NCBI RefSeq assembly: GCF_006345805.1
Contig: NC_043001.1
Span: forward strand, 112,468,001-112,532,000
Origin: Octopus sinensis
Lineage: Eukaryota
DNA length: 64,000 nt
Reading direction: 5' to 3'
Both the position numbers and the translations under genes were made by a program. Below, piece after piece: positions 40,062-52,706 of this stretch. Below the pieces are notes generated by a model. It searched no databases. It worked only from the letters and a program-made list of their open reading frames with translations, and was not told the DNA's origin. Each line of letters begins with the position of its first letter. The first letter of the stretch is position 1.

Positions 40062-40500
40062 TAATCGATATAAACGTATCTGTCAAGACCTACCAAAAAC
40101 TGAGCAAGTATAAAGATCTTGGAATAGAAATTAGCAAAATGTGGAACCTGAAGACTAAAACAATACCTGTTGTCATAGGTGCCCTGGGAATTATAGCAAA
40201 AGGGGCTGATTCTTACCTAACTCAGATACCTGGAAACCCCAAAACAGCAGAAATTCAAAAGAGAGTGCTCATGGGAGCTGCCCATATCCTACGCAAAATA
40301 CTTTCTATGTAATCTCAAATTTTAAAACAAACATTTTTTTTTATGGTTTCTTAAACATTCTCTAGAACAACACTATGTACAAAACCATATATATAGCACC
40401 CTAGGCATAACACCAACATGAACTTCCAACTTGTCTCTTGAGGTCTCTGGGTGAGACTTGGACCCAACTTGTACAAATGTAAAGCAAAAGTCAAACATAT
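40062..40500 (+). mobile_element. R4/Dong-clade LINE 3' end inserted in (TAA)n
   Basis: KLSKYKDLGIEISKMWNLKTKTIPVVIGALG...IQKRVLMGAAHILRKIL is the typical R4/Dong endonuclease C-terminus; flanked by (AAT)n on both sides, the known Dong target. Confidence 0.9.
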
Positions 40501-40530
40501 CATAATAATAATAATAACAATAACAACAAC

Positions 40531-40608
<78 letters not shown>

Positions 40609-40649
40609 TTCTTTTATTATCCACACATATTATCCATTGATATTAATGG

Positions 40650-40720
40650 CCATATTTCCTCCCACACACGATAACAGCTGTTCGACATAACTCCACAAGT
40701 CAGCATGTCTCGGGCACGGC
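40650..40720 (-). mobile_element. Small Tx1-like LINE fragment
   Basis: gttcgacataactccacaagtcagcatgtctcgggcac matches 9471-9510. Confidence 0.55.
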
Positions 40721-41580
40721 AAGGCCTGTAATTTTGCACATACATGCATTACACAGTTTAAATATAAACGGTGCAGGGGCGTTTTGAACAGCATCATCCT
40801 AAATATACAAAATTTACTGGATGGTCGTGGCCCTCAGTAATGTTTACTCGATTAGAGCTGACGTAGGTTTAAAACATTACAAGATGATCATAGATGGAAC
40901 GTAGCTGATAAAAGCTTTGCCCTATCCGGGCTGACTTCTACCAAACAACCACGATACCATCAGAGCAATAACATCGATTAGTGGGGATGGCTTCCTCATC
41001 AAATGTATTGCTAGAAATAGGCTCTAAATTAACCTCAAATCATACCTCTTCCTCTTAGAAACGAATACATTGGTTAATATGGTCTTGGGTTCCCTGCAGA
41101 TAAAACGGGACGGTCATGGTTGGGATGCCTTTGATTATCAGGTTGTTCGACCAAGGATGACATGAGCGTTTATAAGGACAAAAGCAACAAACTATGTGGC
41201 CTCTAGTGGTTTTTCTGCTTGCTAAAAATATCAACCGAATCTCTCTCAAATTACACCCCAGTCATAAATAAAATCTACGTATTGGAGAGTATTGTCTAAA
41301 ATAAACTATCTGAATTAAAAAAAAAAAACTGGATGGTCATTTATGGAACGCCTTTGATAATAAGTAAGCTTCCTTATTTCTAACTTAGAATTAAGTAATA
41401 ACATGTAACCACTGCAATTGTGAAATTGCGGGGCAATAATTATTAATAAGGACAGGAAGTAAAATATAAACTCTCTCGCTCCCTCGCACATTTGAAAATC
41501 AATGAATGTCAGATGAGTGACTTCATTTCTTCATTTATGCAGAAAAATGTGTGACGAAATATACATACATATGTGGGCGT

Positions 41581-41631
<51 letters not shown>

Positions 41632-42626
41632 TGTGTGTGTGTGTGAACTCATATATATTAATTTATTTCTGACATTTTTCTTGGCTGTTTTATTTTCGTT
41701 TTTTTTCTTGGTTTGTGGAGAACAAGATACACATAGCCAGTAGTAGTACAACTGTAGAAATAATTCCAAGACATGAATTACAGGACAAAAGAATTCCTCA
41801 CCCAACAACGATAAAACATTTATGCTTCCTTTTCCTTTTTTATTTTTTTCTCCCCTATTTTCTTTTTCGTGTTTTTAACAAAAAAAAAAACAACAAATGG
41901 TTCAACTCTATCATGCTGGCAACCATGGCAACAACTATAACTATAACCATCAACAACATCAACGACTGCAGCAACTAACAACTTTACTACCAGCACCACC
42001 TCCAACAACAACAACAACAACAGCAATACACCAATACAGACAACACCAACAGCGTGCATACCAGCATGAGAAGGGAATATAGAAATTTGAATGGAACAGA
42101 AAACCATGAAATATATAAGAAAGAATATGAAAGTGAAAGTAGGGCTGGGAATGTCAGTAGGAAAGGAAGAGGAATCTAGTCAGTGTTTCGATACAGAAAC
42201 CGACTGGAGTTATCTGTAATGTATCTTGCATTTACTGGTAAAGGGACCTGTTTCTTCTATTTTTTTTTCTGGACGCGGACAGCAAATCCCTTATGTGGGG
42301 TAAGAGTCGAGCTGCTGTTGTTACTGTTGTTTTTTCTTCTTTTTTTTTTTTGGTTTGCACTTTTATTTATCTTCAACGATGACGTATCATTTGTCAAATT
42401 TTTCTGTTGTGGTTTATTATTTATTCATTTTATTTTATTTTGTACATATTTTATTATTTAGAATTCTTTGGTTTATTTTGGGGTTTTTTGCAGTTAATAT
42501 TTTTGAAAAATAAAATTATTAAAAGAAATTAACGCTGAAACCAATTCAAAGAATAAACAACAAAAACAAATCTGAAAAAAAAACAATAACACAGGGTAGC
42601 AATGTTAGATAAATATTAACAGAAAT

Positions 42627-42940
42627 GTGAAGGCGCGTGGCTTATTGGTTAGAGAGTTCGGCTCAGGATAGCAAAGTCGTGAGTTCGATTCCCGGCTGGG
42701 CGTTGCGCAAGACACTTTATTTCAGGTTACTTCAGTCCACTCAGTTGCCAAGCATGAGTGGTACCTGTATTTTAGAGGCCAGTCTTGTCACATTCTGTGT
42801 CACATTGAGTTTCCTGTAGAACTACGTTAAGGGTATGCGTGTCTGTGGATCGTTCGGCCACGTGTACGTTAATTTCACGAGCAGGATGTTCCTTCCATCG
42901 GATCAACTGAAACCCGCATCGTCGTAACCGACGGAGTGCC
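42627..42940 (+). mobile_element. Older SINE sharing the family A 3' half but with a different head/core
   Basis: tRNA head gcgtggcttattggttag...gagttcgattccc; core gcaagacactttatttca; tail gaactacgttaagggta...cgtcgtaaccgacggagtg as in family A. Confidence 0.8.
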
Positions 42941-43046
42941 AATTGCTGGGATTGTGTTGGCTTGCAATATTCTCAGGTCATGATACAGTGTATATTAGCA
43001 GTAGAATTGTTATTGGAATAATTGTTGTTGTTATTATTATTATTAT

Positions 43047-43622
43047 ACCCCGCCGCTCTCCTTCAATCGGGCAGGCAAAGTAGTTTACCTTTTCCTGGAG
43101 GCTGTGGTTGTGGCGAAAGACGTTATTTGATGGGCAAGGCTGAAGGGCATGAGGACATATACATTCCTCTTTGGTACAAGTACAGTCATCCAGTGAATTT
43201 ATTGAAAGGTGGGTCAAAGTTGTGAAAACGGCAAGAGCGGATGGTACATCCCCCCGTGTAGACCTGTAAATAGGAGGGAAGGAATTAGAGAGAGCACCTG
43301 CTCTTGGTGTTCAGGGAAACCTCGGACAGTGGGGTTTCCTCGATTATTCATAGAGGATATTTCACGTAGCTCCTCTCCACTAAGCAAGCATGGGTGGTAC
43401 CTGTATTTCAGGGACCAACCTTGTCACATATTGCGCCATGCTAAATTTCTAGTTTTTAACCTTTGTATGCTCCGTAAATGTCCATTCCTTTTCAGTGTAA
43501 ACCGTGTATACTTCTTTTCTTTTCTTTTTTTTATCATTTCATTATATGTAGCCCCACCACATTATATGTTTGTCTTTGTATAGTCCCCTTCATCCTTCGC
43601 CCTTGTAGCAAAGAAATGAAAT
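43047..43622 (+). mobile_element. 5'-truncated L1/Tx1-clade LINE 3' end
   Basis: FIERWVKVVKTARADGTSPRVDL* aligns with FVKRWMKVAKRARVDGTTLSVDL* (59153-59341); 3' end catccttcgcccttgtagcaaagaaatgaaat. Confidence 0.8.
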
Positions 43623-43647
43623 CCTTATTATAATCATCATCATCATC

Positions 43648-43860
43648 AAGGAGGCAAGTTGGCGAACACTTTAACTCGACAGACTAAGTGCTTAGAGGCA
43701 TTTCGTCCATCTTAACGTTTTGAGTTCAAATTCCGCTGAGGTCGACGTTGCTTTTCATCCTCTCGGGATCGATAAATAAAAGTATCAGTTAAACCCTGGG
43801 ATCGATGTAATCGTCTTATCCTCTACCCACGAACTTACCGGCCTTGCGCCAAAACGGGAA
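43648..43860 (+). mobile_element. Older SINE C-related copy
   Basis: gagttcaaattccgctgaggtcgacgttgcttttcatcctctcggg. Confidence 0.75.
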
Positions 43861-44185
43861 TTTATTATTATTTATTAAATTGATAAGGCGGCTTGCTGGT
43901 AGAATCGTTGTGTTTGTGTGAATATATATATGCACCTACATACATACATATATATATACATACATTTTATATTCTGCTTTTTATATTTAACCCTACAGTC
44001 TCTTATGTGGTGGTTTAATAAAGTATGTGATTGAGTATTATCTGGTAATTGATATTTGATTTAGATGTATTTCTCCATTTTCTTATCTTATATATATATA
44101 ACCTGTATCTGCCTCTAATGGAACCATCTCCAATATCTCATGAGTATAACCTCACCCACTAAGATGTCTAGAGAACTCAAATGTA

Positions 44186-44276
44186 TTTTAGCTGATGAGT
44201 ACGGGACACTTTTATCTGCTGCAATTTTTGCAACTTGTAATAAAGCCTGTCCTTGTATGAAACAATTGTACTAAAA
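44186..44276 (+). ncRNA. Type I hammerhead ribozyme candidate with intact catalytic core and long stem II
   Basis: Stem I ttttag(44186-91)/ctaaaa(44271-76); CTGATGA 44192-98; stem II gtacgggaca/tgtccttgtat; GAAA 44259-62; palindrome acaattgt; cleavage triplet GUA ending at 44270. Confidence 0.75.
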
Positions 44277-44906
44277 ACCAATCCATTCTTGTTGCTTCTT
44301 TCTCGTATATATATATATATATATATATGTATATTTGTGTATATGTGTGTAAACATGTATGTATGTATGCATATATGTAAGTGCATGTATGCCCATATGT
44401 ATGTATGGCATACAACTAACAATTTAGCTGCGTAATCGTATTTAGTGTATGGATCCAGTACAAGCGGCAATGATAATAGTGAGTGGATCAGTAACAATAG
44501 CATTCCTAGAATTGCTGTCAACAAGGGGAGATATCACTTCCTTATTATGACATAAACTTAAGCCCTGCTGCCTACCATTGATGGTTGTTACATTGATGGC
44601 ACTACTCGCAGTCAAAGAAACAAATATTATATTATATTGTATTATATACAATATAACATAATATAATATATGTATGTATAAAGCATATAAATATATTATA
44701 GAACAACACTTCAAACTTAATGGAAAACCAGTTCATGCATCATATCCATTTATTTTAAGATTTACATTATTCCACTTAGAAACCTATACACAGGAGCACG
44801 ATTACACACACGGATTACACACACACTCACACATTCTTTTAACAGAGATATGGTTGATCTGGGCACACTAAAAGAAGCTATCAACATCCCTATATATGGT
44901 TTCAGT

Positions 44907-45291
44907 GTGGAGGCGCAATGGCCCAGTGGTTAGGGCAGCGGACTCGCGGTCATAGGATCGCGGTTTCGATTCTCAGACCGGGCGTTGTGAGTGTTTATTG
45001 AGCGAAAACACCTAAAAGCTCCACGAGGCTCCGGCAGGGGATGGTGGTGATCCCTGTTGTACTCTTTCACCTCAACTTTCTCTCACTCTTACTTCCTGTT
45101 TCTGTTCTACCTGTATTTCAAAGGGCCGGCCTTGTCACACTCTGTGTCACGCTGAATATCCCCGAGAACTACGTTAAGGGTACACGTGTCTGTGGAGTGC
45201 TCAGCCACTCACACGTTAATTTCACGAGCAGGCTGTTCCGTTGATTCGGATCAACCGGAACACTCGTCGTCGTAACCGACGGAGTGCTTCC
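44907..45291 (+). mobile_element. SINE family A, full length
   Basis: 13-bp TSD atatggtttcagt at 44894-44906 and 45292-45304. Confidence 0.94.
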
Positions 45292-45727
45292 ATATGGTTT
45301 CAGTGCAGGTTTAGAGTGTTATATCTAATGTATATGTGAATGATAGATGTTTCGGAAACTTAGGGAGAAATGAAGGGTTGTGTTATCTTCTTAGGATTAG
45401 GTGTTGTTGAATTTGAAGTGGAGTGTATAGAATGTATAGAAACTAGAGAGAGGTGACCAATCGGAACTCTGAGGATGGGGACATCAATGTTGATTGCGAG
45501 AGGGGCTGTAAGCGCTCCGTTAATATTGCACAATGGTAGAATCTTATAAGAAGCTACTGATCCAAGAGACGCAAGCTTTTAAGTAGATATGCCAGATTGA
45601 ACCCAGAACAATGTGTTTGGGAAGCAAACTTCTTACCACACAGCTACGACTGCGCACAGTGGACTCTTCTGAGAAGTTCGGCGAGAGCCATGTTTTGCAC
45701 TACGCATTAACAAATTCTTCGTTCTTA

Positions 45728-45960
45728 TCTGGTGGTGGTGGTGGTGGTGGTGGTGATGGTGGTGCTAGTGTTGGTGTTAGTGGTGGTGGTGGTGGCGGTG
45801 GCAGTGGCATCAGTGGCAAAGATATAGATGATGATGGTGATGATGACGATGATGTGATGGCGGTGGTAGTGATGAATGGACATGGCAGTTCTGTTGTTGT
45901 TGTTGTTGTTATTGATGGTGGTGGTGGTGGTGGTGGTGGTGGTGGTGGTGGTGGTGGCAG
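45728..45960. repeat. (GGT)n/(GAT)n mixed trinucleotide tract
   Basis: Directly visible. Confidence 0.9.
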
Positions 45961-46283
45961 GGTAGGGACGGTGGTCCATCCAATAGAACAGAATAAATCA
46001 AACCAGCATTCAGCATGCAACGGTGTTGAAGGAAGGTTATTTACCTGAACTTTGTACACACACACACACACACACACACACGCACGCACGCACGCACTTA
46101 CACACAAGTCTTATCTACGTGTGCGTGCTTTTCACAAAACAACCCGTGCTCCTATAAGCGTTCCCATCACGTAGTTACGGACCCACCAAACGCCAACACG
46201 TATGAATATGTTGTACATTTTGCAGGCAAAACCAAATACGAAAACGGAAGGGGTGACAAATATCTGAAGCCTCTATATTGCAA

Positions 46284-46330
<47 letters not shown>

Positions 46331-46705
46331 GTTCTCCTCCTTCTGTTTCAGCTGAAGTTCTCATCTATCCAAGAATATTCTTTATGTCAGCCCGATAGAT
46401 AGTTAACTACGCAGAAGAGGGACAGAGGTGTTGTCAAAATAGTATTTGCCGCTGTAAACAAAGAAGATGCATTATTACCTTGGAATTATAGCTTACGTTT
46501 ACTCTTGATTTTGCTTGTGTTGCTCTTGTTGTTGCTGTTGGTTATACACATGTATATACGATGACTATGATGAATATCCAGAAACACGTCCATCAGTTAT
46601 TCTCTAAGTATTTGTTTGCTTGTGTGTGCAGGTCGGGTGCCTATGTGCGTGCGTGTGGACTTGTGCGTTTCAGTGTATGTGTGTGTGCCTATATATGTAT
46701 GTATA

Positions 46706-47076
46706 TGGAAGCCCTCCGTCGGTTATGACGACGAGGGTTCCGGTTGATCCGAATCAACGGAACAGCCTGCTCGTGAAATTAACGTGTAAGTGGCTGAGCA
46801 CTCCACAGACACGTGTACCCGGGATATTCAACGTGACACAGAGAGTGACAAGGCCGGCCCTTTGAAATACAGGTACAGCAGAAACAGGAAGTAAGAGTGA
46901 GAGAAAGTTGTGGTGAAAGAGTACAGCAGGGATCACCACCATCCCCTGCCGGAGCGTCGTGGAGCTTTTAGGCGTTTTCGCTCAATAAACACTCACAACG
47001 CCCGGTCTGGAAATCGAAACCGCGATCCTATGACCGCCAGTCCGCTGCCCTAACCACTCGGCCATTGTGCCTCCAC
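46706..47076 (-). mobile_element. SINE family A with an internal deletion of about 15 bp
   Basis: acgtgtaccc|gggatattc lacks ttaacgtagttctcg; TSD-like tgtatgtata on both sides. Confidence 0.92.
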
Positions 47077-47079
47077 GTG

Positions 47080-47116
<37 letters not shown>

Positions 47117-47346
47117 ACAAGATCGCAAATTTAAATTAAATAATGATCTTATCAAGTGGCCAGCATGGAAATAAAAACCTTCAAAGATAATAATTATTAT
47201 TAAAATTATAATTTAGGGCATCTAAGAGATACCACCATGCTGAAAATAGCAGCCAAGATCTAACTCTAAAATCACATTAAATGCCCATACTGCATAAGGA
47301 GAGAAGACAAAAAGACTAAATAAAACCAGTAAAAAAATACCGGATA

Positions 47347-47405
47347 ATTCCAGATCCCGGATTTCTGACTTTGCATTTAGAAATGCTTTTCCTCATCAGT
47401 GGAAT
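47347..47405 (-). ncRNA. Type I hammerhead ribozyme candidate within a repeat at about 47113-47430
   Basis: Minus strand attcca CTGATGA ggaaaa-gcattt-ct-aaatgc-aaagtca GAAA tccggg ATC tggaat; 6-bp stem I, near-palindrome atccgggat, triplet AUC; base of stem II poorly paired. Confidence 0.62.
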
Positions 47406-47678
47406 ATACGCAGAGAGTAACATAAATGCACATACATATACATACAGCATACGAATACTTACATATACGAACGTATACATACATATATATGCACGTCTGC
47501 AACAAGACTAGATTAAATTGCCCGCTTTGTAACTCCATCGTGCGATATGGTTAAAATATCAAGCAGTAAATACAGTGACGAAATAAATTTAAATTTATAT
47601 AAATAAGGAGATCGCTAATTTAAATTAAATATAGGTATATATATTTGTATGTATATAAATATATGTATATATACTCCA

Positions 47679-48093
47679 GGCGCAGGAGTGGCTGTGTGGT
47701 AAGTAGCTTGTCTACCAACCGCATGGTTCCGGGTTCAGGCCCACTGCGTGGCACCTTGGGTAAGTGTCTTCTACTATAGCCTCGGGCCGACCAAAGCCTT
47801 GTGAGTAGATTTGGTAGATGGAAACTGAAAGAAGCCCATCGTATATATGTATATATATATATGTATGCGTGTGTGTGTGTTTGTGTGTCTGTGTTTGTCC
47901 CCGAGCATTGCTTGACAACCGATGCTGGTGTGTTTATGTCCCCGTCACTTAGCGGTTCGGCAAAAGAGACCGATAGAATAAGTACTGGGCTTACAAAAGA
48001 ATAAGTCCCGGGGTTAAGTTGCTCGATTAAAGGCGGTGCTCCAGCATGGCCGCAGTCAAATGACTGAAACAAGTAAAAGAGTAAAAGAGAGAG
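47679..48093 (+). mobile_element. SINE family B, full length
   Basis: ggcgcaggagtggctgtgtgg ... gaaacaagtaaaagagtaaaagagagag. Confidence 0.93.
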
Positions 48094-48129
48094 TAATATC
48101 AAAATAAGGTACAAGGATATACAGAGGTA

Positions 48130-48217
48130 ATGCAGTACGATCGTTTCAAGCAACTCCATTTAACTGAACAATGCAATCACTACATCAATTTAAATACAGG
48201 GCAATCCTCAGCTGCAT
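48130..48217 (-). ncRNA. Type I hammerhead ribozyme candidate with long stem II
   Basis: Minus strand atgcag CTGAGGA [about 57-nt hairpin incl. atttaa/ttaaat and tgtagt/attgca] GAAACGATCGTA ctgcat; palindrome acgatcgt, triplet GUA. Confidence 0.68.
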
Positions 48218-48367
48218 AAAGACATTGCATTTAATTAAATTAAAACAGAAGAACACATTAGCATAATTTTACCTAAAATCTCCGAGAAGGTAAGGAGATA
48301 GACAAAGGACATGCTGCCTTCACGAGATACATGCATGCAAACATATGCATGTATTTACGTATGCATA

Positions 48368-48415
<48 letters not shown>

Positions 48416-48464
48416 GTGTGTGTGTGTGTTTGTGTGTGTGTGTATGCATGCATGTATTTATGTA

Positions 48465-48610
48465 CTTCTCTTATTCCTTTGTGTTGAAGAGCGTAGGCTC
48501 GAAGCGTAAAAGACATTTTCACTTTTCCCGAGAATCAAACTAATGCATTTGCTTGTTGTTCATACACCTGTCTTTGTCTTTTGTTATCTTTTTTATAAAT
48601 TTCAACTATA
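48465..48610 (+). mobile_element. Repeat family D copy with decayed hammerhead-like motif at 48477-48512
   Basis: cttt GTGTTGA a gagc gtag gctc GAAGCGTA aaag. Confidence 0.65.
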
Positions 48611-48701
48611 TCTGTGGGTATGCATGTATGTGTTTGTATTTATGCGCGTATATAAATACATCATTATGTCATATTCGCAAATGTATATAATACATATATA
48701 G

Positions 48702-48737
<36 letters not shown>

Positions 48738-48977
48738 ACATGCATACATGCTCGCACACATACACACGCATACATATAAGCGAATTCGAAGAATATTCTG
48801 GCTTTTGTTCCGGCATTGTGCTTTCTAAGATCATATTGCATCCAGGTTCTACTTCACCCTTTTACGTTTAAGGTAACTGAAGCACAACTCCGGTATCAAG
48901 ACAAAGGCTTCTTTCTTCCTTTCTTTCTCCCATTCTGTCTTCTTTTTTACTGTCCCACTTTCTCTTTCTCTCTCGCT

Positions 48978-49545
48978 AAGGTACTTGGCTCAGTGCTTAG
49001 AGCGTTAGGTTTAGAATCGTAATTTTGAGACTTCGATTCCCGGACGGGGCTGTGTGTTGAGTTCTTGAGCAAGACATTTTATTTCACGTTGCTCCTGTTT
49101 ACTCGGTTGTAGATATGAGTTGTGACATCACTGGTGCCAAGCTGTATCAGCCATATCCTTTCCCTTGAGCTGGCAGAAACGTTGGCACGCCGGGCGAAAT
49201 ACGTACCGTATTTCGACTGCCGTTACGTTCTGAGTTCAAATCCCGCCGAGGTCGACTTTGCCTTTCATCCTTTCGGGGTCGATTAAATAAAGTGCCAGTT
49301 ACGCACTGGTGTCGATAGAATCGACTTAATCCTTTTGTCTGTGCTTGTTTGTCCCTTCTGTGTTTACCCCTTGTGGGCAGTAAAGAAATAACAACATCGG
49401 TGGCGTGGAGAAAGCAGAATGGTGTGCATGGGCGACTGCTGGTCTTCCATAAGCATCCTTCCATAAGAAACCTGTGCCTCGGATGGTAACTTTCTAGGTG
49501 CAATTCCATGGTCATTCATGACTGAAGGGGTTTTCACCCTTTACT
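48978..49545 (+). mobile_element. SINE with the 42627-type head/core and a third tail type, interrupted by a family C copy (49167-49390)
   Basis: tggctcagtgcttagagcg...ttcgattccc...gagcaagacattttatttcacgttgctcc; resumes after 49390 and ends ccatggtcattcatgactgaaggggttttcaccc. Confidence 0.72.
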
Positions 49546-49738
49546 TTACATACATACATACATACATACATAGACACACAGACACATACATAAACATTTC
49601 TGCGAATGTGGAAGAGTCCAAACCAAAGTTACACTGTTGTTTTTTCCTGTTATTAAATTCTTCATCTTGTTTTGATTATTTGAAGACTAACTCAAAATAT
49701 GCTAGCGATTACGTTACAAAAGTGTGTGTGCGTGTGTG

Positions 49739-49787
<49 letters not shown>

Positions 49788-49808
49788 GTACATACATACG
49801 TACACATG

Positions 49809-49858
<50 letters not shown>

Positions 49859-50419
49859 TGTAGAAATATGTACATACATAGATACATGTTTGTATATATT
49901 AATGCACGTATGTGTATACGTATGTATATAATTATGTGCATACGTATTGAGAAAGTGAGAAAAGAAGTTTACAAAGTGACAGCAGAAAAGCCGAAAGGTT
50001 TTGACGACGGCGATATTAGAATGTGAATAGATCATTTAGTGAAATACACTATAACAAATTAAAGAAAAGAATAAAAAATATTTAAATAAGCAACAAATCA
50101 AACATGAAAACAATCCAAAGAGAAAACCATAATCATCGACAATTTTAACGAAATAAAATATCATTTTAGAAATCTAAATTATATATCGGATGGAAATCCT
50201 GACAAACATTCGCCATTTTAATTTTTCTACGCAACACTAAGAGCTACACTCAATTATCTTTGATTCATCAAATTCAAGGTTAAACAAAATGTTATTCATT
50301 TTAGCGCTGAGTATCGTCGTTTGCATTTATTTTGTCGTTATTTACGAAAAAAAAAATGTTAAATTTCTTTCTTCATTCGCATACTTGACTTTTCCTTCTC
50401 CCCACCTCGATCTATCTAT

Positions 50420-50451
<32 letters not shown>

Positions 50452-50479
50452 ATATATATATATATAATATATATATATA

Positions 50480-50653
50480 TATATTTTTAATTTTTTTGTT
50501 CTTTTCTTCCCTTTTACGATCCCTCTTGATCGAAAACCTACGCCACCCCTTTTTTTTGTTCTTTTGTTTTTGTTTTTTTCATCCCCCAAAAGAAAAGCTC
50601 TACCTTGTAACTTGTCCCATCTGTGTGCAGCCCTGTGTGGCCAATAAAGAAAC
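50480..50653 (+). mobile_element. LINE-like 3' terminal fragment (Tx1-type tail) within (TA)n/(TATC)n
   Basis: Ends cttgtcccatctgtgtgcagccctgtgtggccaataaagaaa, similar to the SINE C tail and other Tx1-like ends. Confidence 0.6.
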
Positions 50654-50892
50654 TTATCTATCTATCTATCTATCTATCTAGTTAGCTTGCAAGATGAAAC
50701 TAAATAAAACATTATTTGTAAAATAATTCTTTGCTAGGTAAATATGTTTAGTCCGGGTATTAATTCCTATTGTATTAATTCCTATTTTTTTAGCTGCTTA
50801 AACTGACATATTCCAGAATTGGATTGTAGCGAAAGCGCTCTCTTGCTGATCCATTATTATTTTTTACTACTACTACTACTACTACTACTACT

Positions 50893-50936
<44 letters not shown>

Positions 50937-52227
50937 TACTACTGCTTAGCATAATTTAACATTGAAGATATTTTTATATATTATTTTCGTTCTGCTTAAT
51001 ATTAATAATATTATTGTTGTCGCGTATTTCTAACTTCTAGTTTAAATTTACTTTAATCGCTCTTGTCCCCCTAAAAATCAACTTTTTTCTTTATTTTTGC
51101 TATTATAGATAATCAAATATATATATTTTTTGAATTTGAGTAGATCTTGTAGTTCATTTTCCCTACATGTCCTTCAACATTCACCAATTATTTTTTTCAT
51201 AGGATTCTTTTGTTTCGCATTAACTGTGGATAATAGAATCTGGTGGAGAGCCTTTCAAATTTTTGTAATCCATCTTACCTTTTGCTTTTCGATAAAACAT
51301 GCACCAGTAGAATTTCTTCGATCCAATATTAACCTCCGCAACATTTGTGACCTTGTACTAATATTATAAATCTTTATTATCTGTTATTATTAACAACTTG
51401 ACAAACCAAGAAATTGAAAATGTAATTTAACTCCATTGTTCTTTTTATGCCTTCGTAGAGGGGTTTTTAGCCCGAAATATCGAGACTGATTTAATATTTC
51501 AACAGTTTTGTTATTTTTGATACTCAATATTATATCTGCCTTGCGATCAACCTTAATAACACGTTCATTTGTTCCTTATTCTGTAATGCTTCAAGCAAAT
51601 TTAAGCATTTTGTTGTTATCATTATTATTATTTTGTTTTTTGGTTAGTAATTACACAGATTTTTATGAATTTTTCTCCACGTCATTAGAATACCTCTGTG
51701 CTATTCGAGAATCATTCTAAGTAGTATTTTTATAATCAAAATTCGTTGGAAATCTTGATATTATGAGACTTTAGTTGTGTCTTGTCTCTTTTGTATTCGT
51801 TGAAAACCATAAAATTGTTGAAGGAAAGATTGGTAAATACTTTCCCAAAAATGTCAGATATACAGATAGAACCAATAGAAAATGTCATAGGCTTCTAAAT
51901 GCACATGGAGCATGTAAATTTGCCTTAATAGATTCCACGATGGTCAAACAAGAGGCACCGAAATTACATGAGTAATTACTAAGTAATTCCGTTTCTGCGA
52001 CTATTAAATATTCAAATTAAGACTGTACTGCTATTTTGCCGATATTTTCCCTCATGTTGTTTGGATGATTTGAACACTAATACAAAATAGGAGCGAGATT
52101 ACGTTAAAAACTACAATTTACTCTTATATGAAATCTAATACACTTATTATTGGTTTTATGTCCTGCTGTTTTAGTTAAGATTATCTCTACAGTCATATGT
52201 AAGTCATATGTTAAGGTCATTTCTATA

Positions 52228-52706
<479 letters not shown>

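Noticed and set aside
51460-51490. gaggggtttttagcccgaaatatc resembling a hammerhead 3' half
   Set aside because: Core CUGANGA and stem I are absent.
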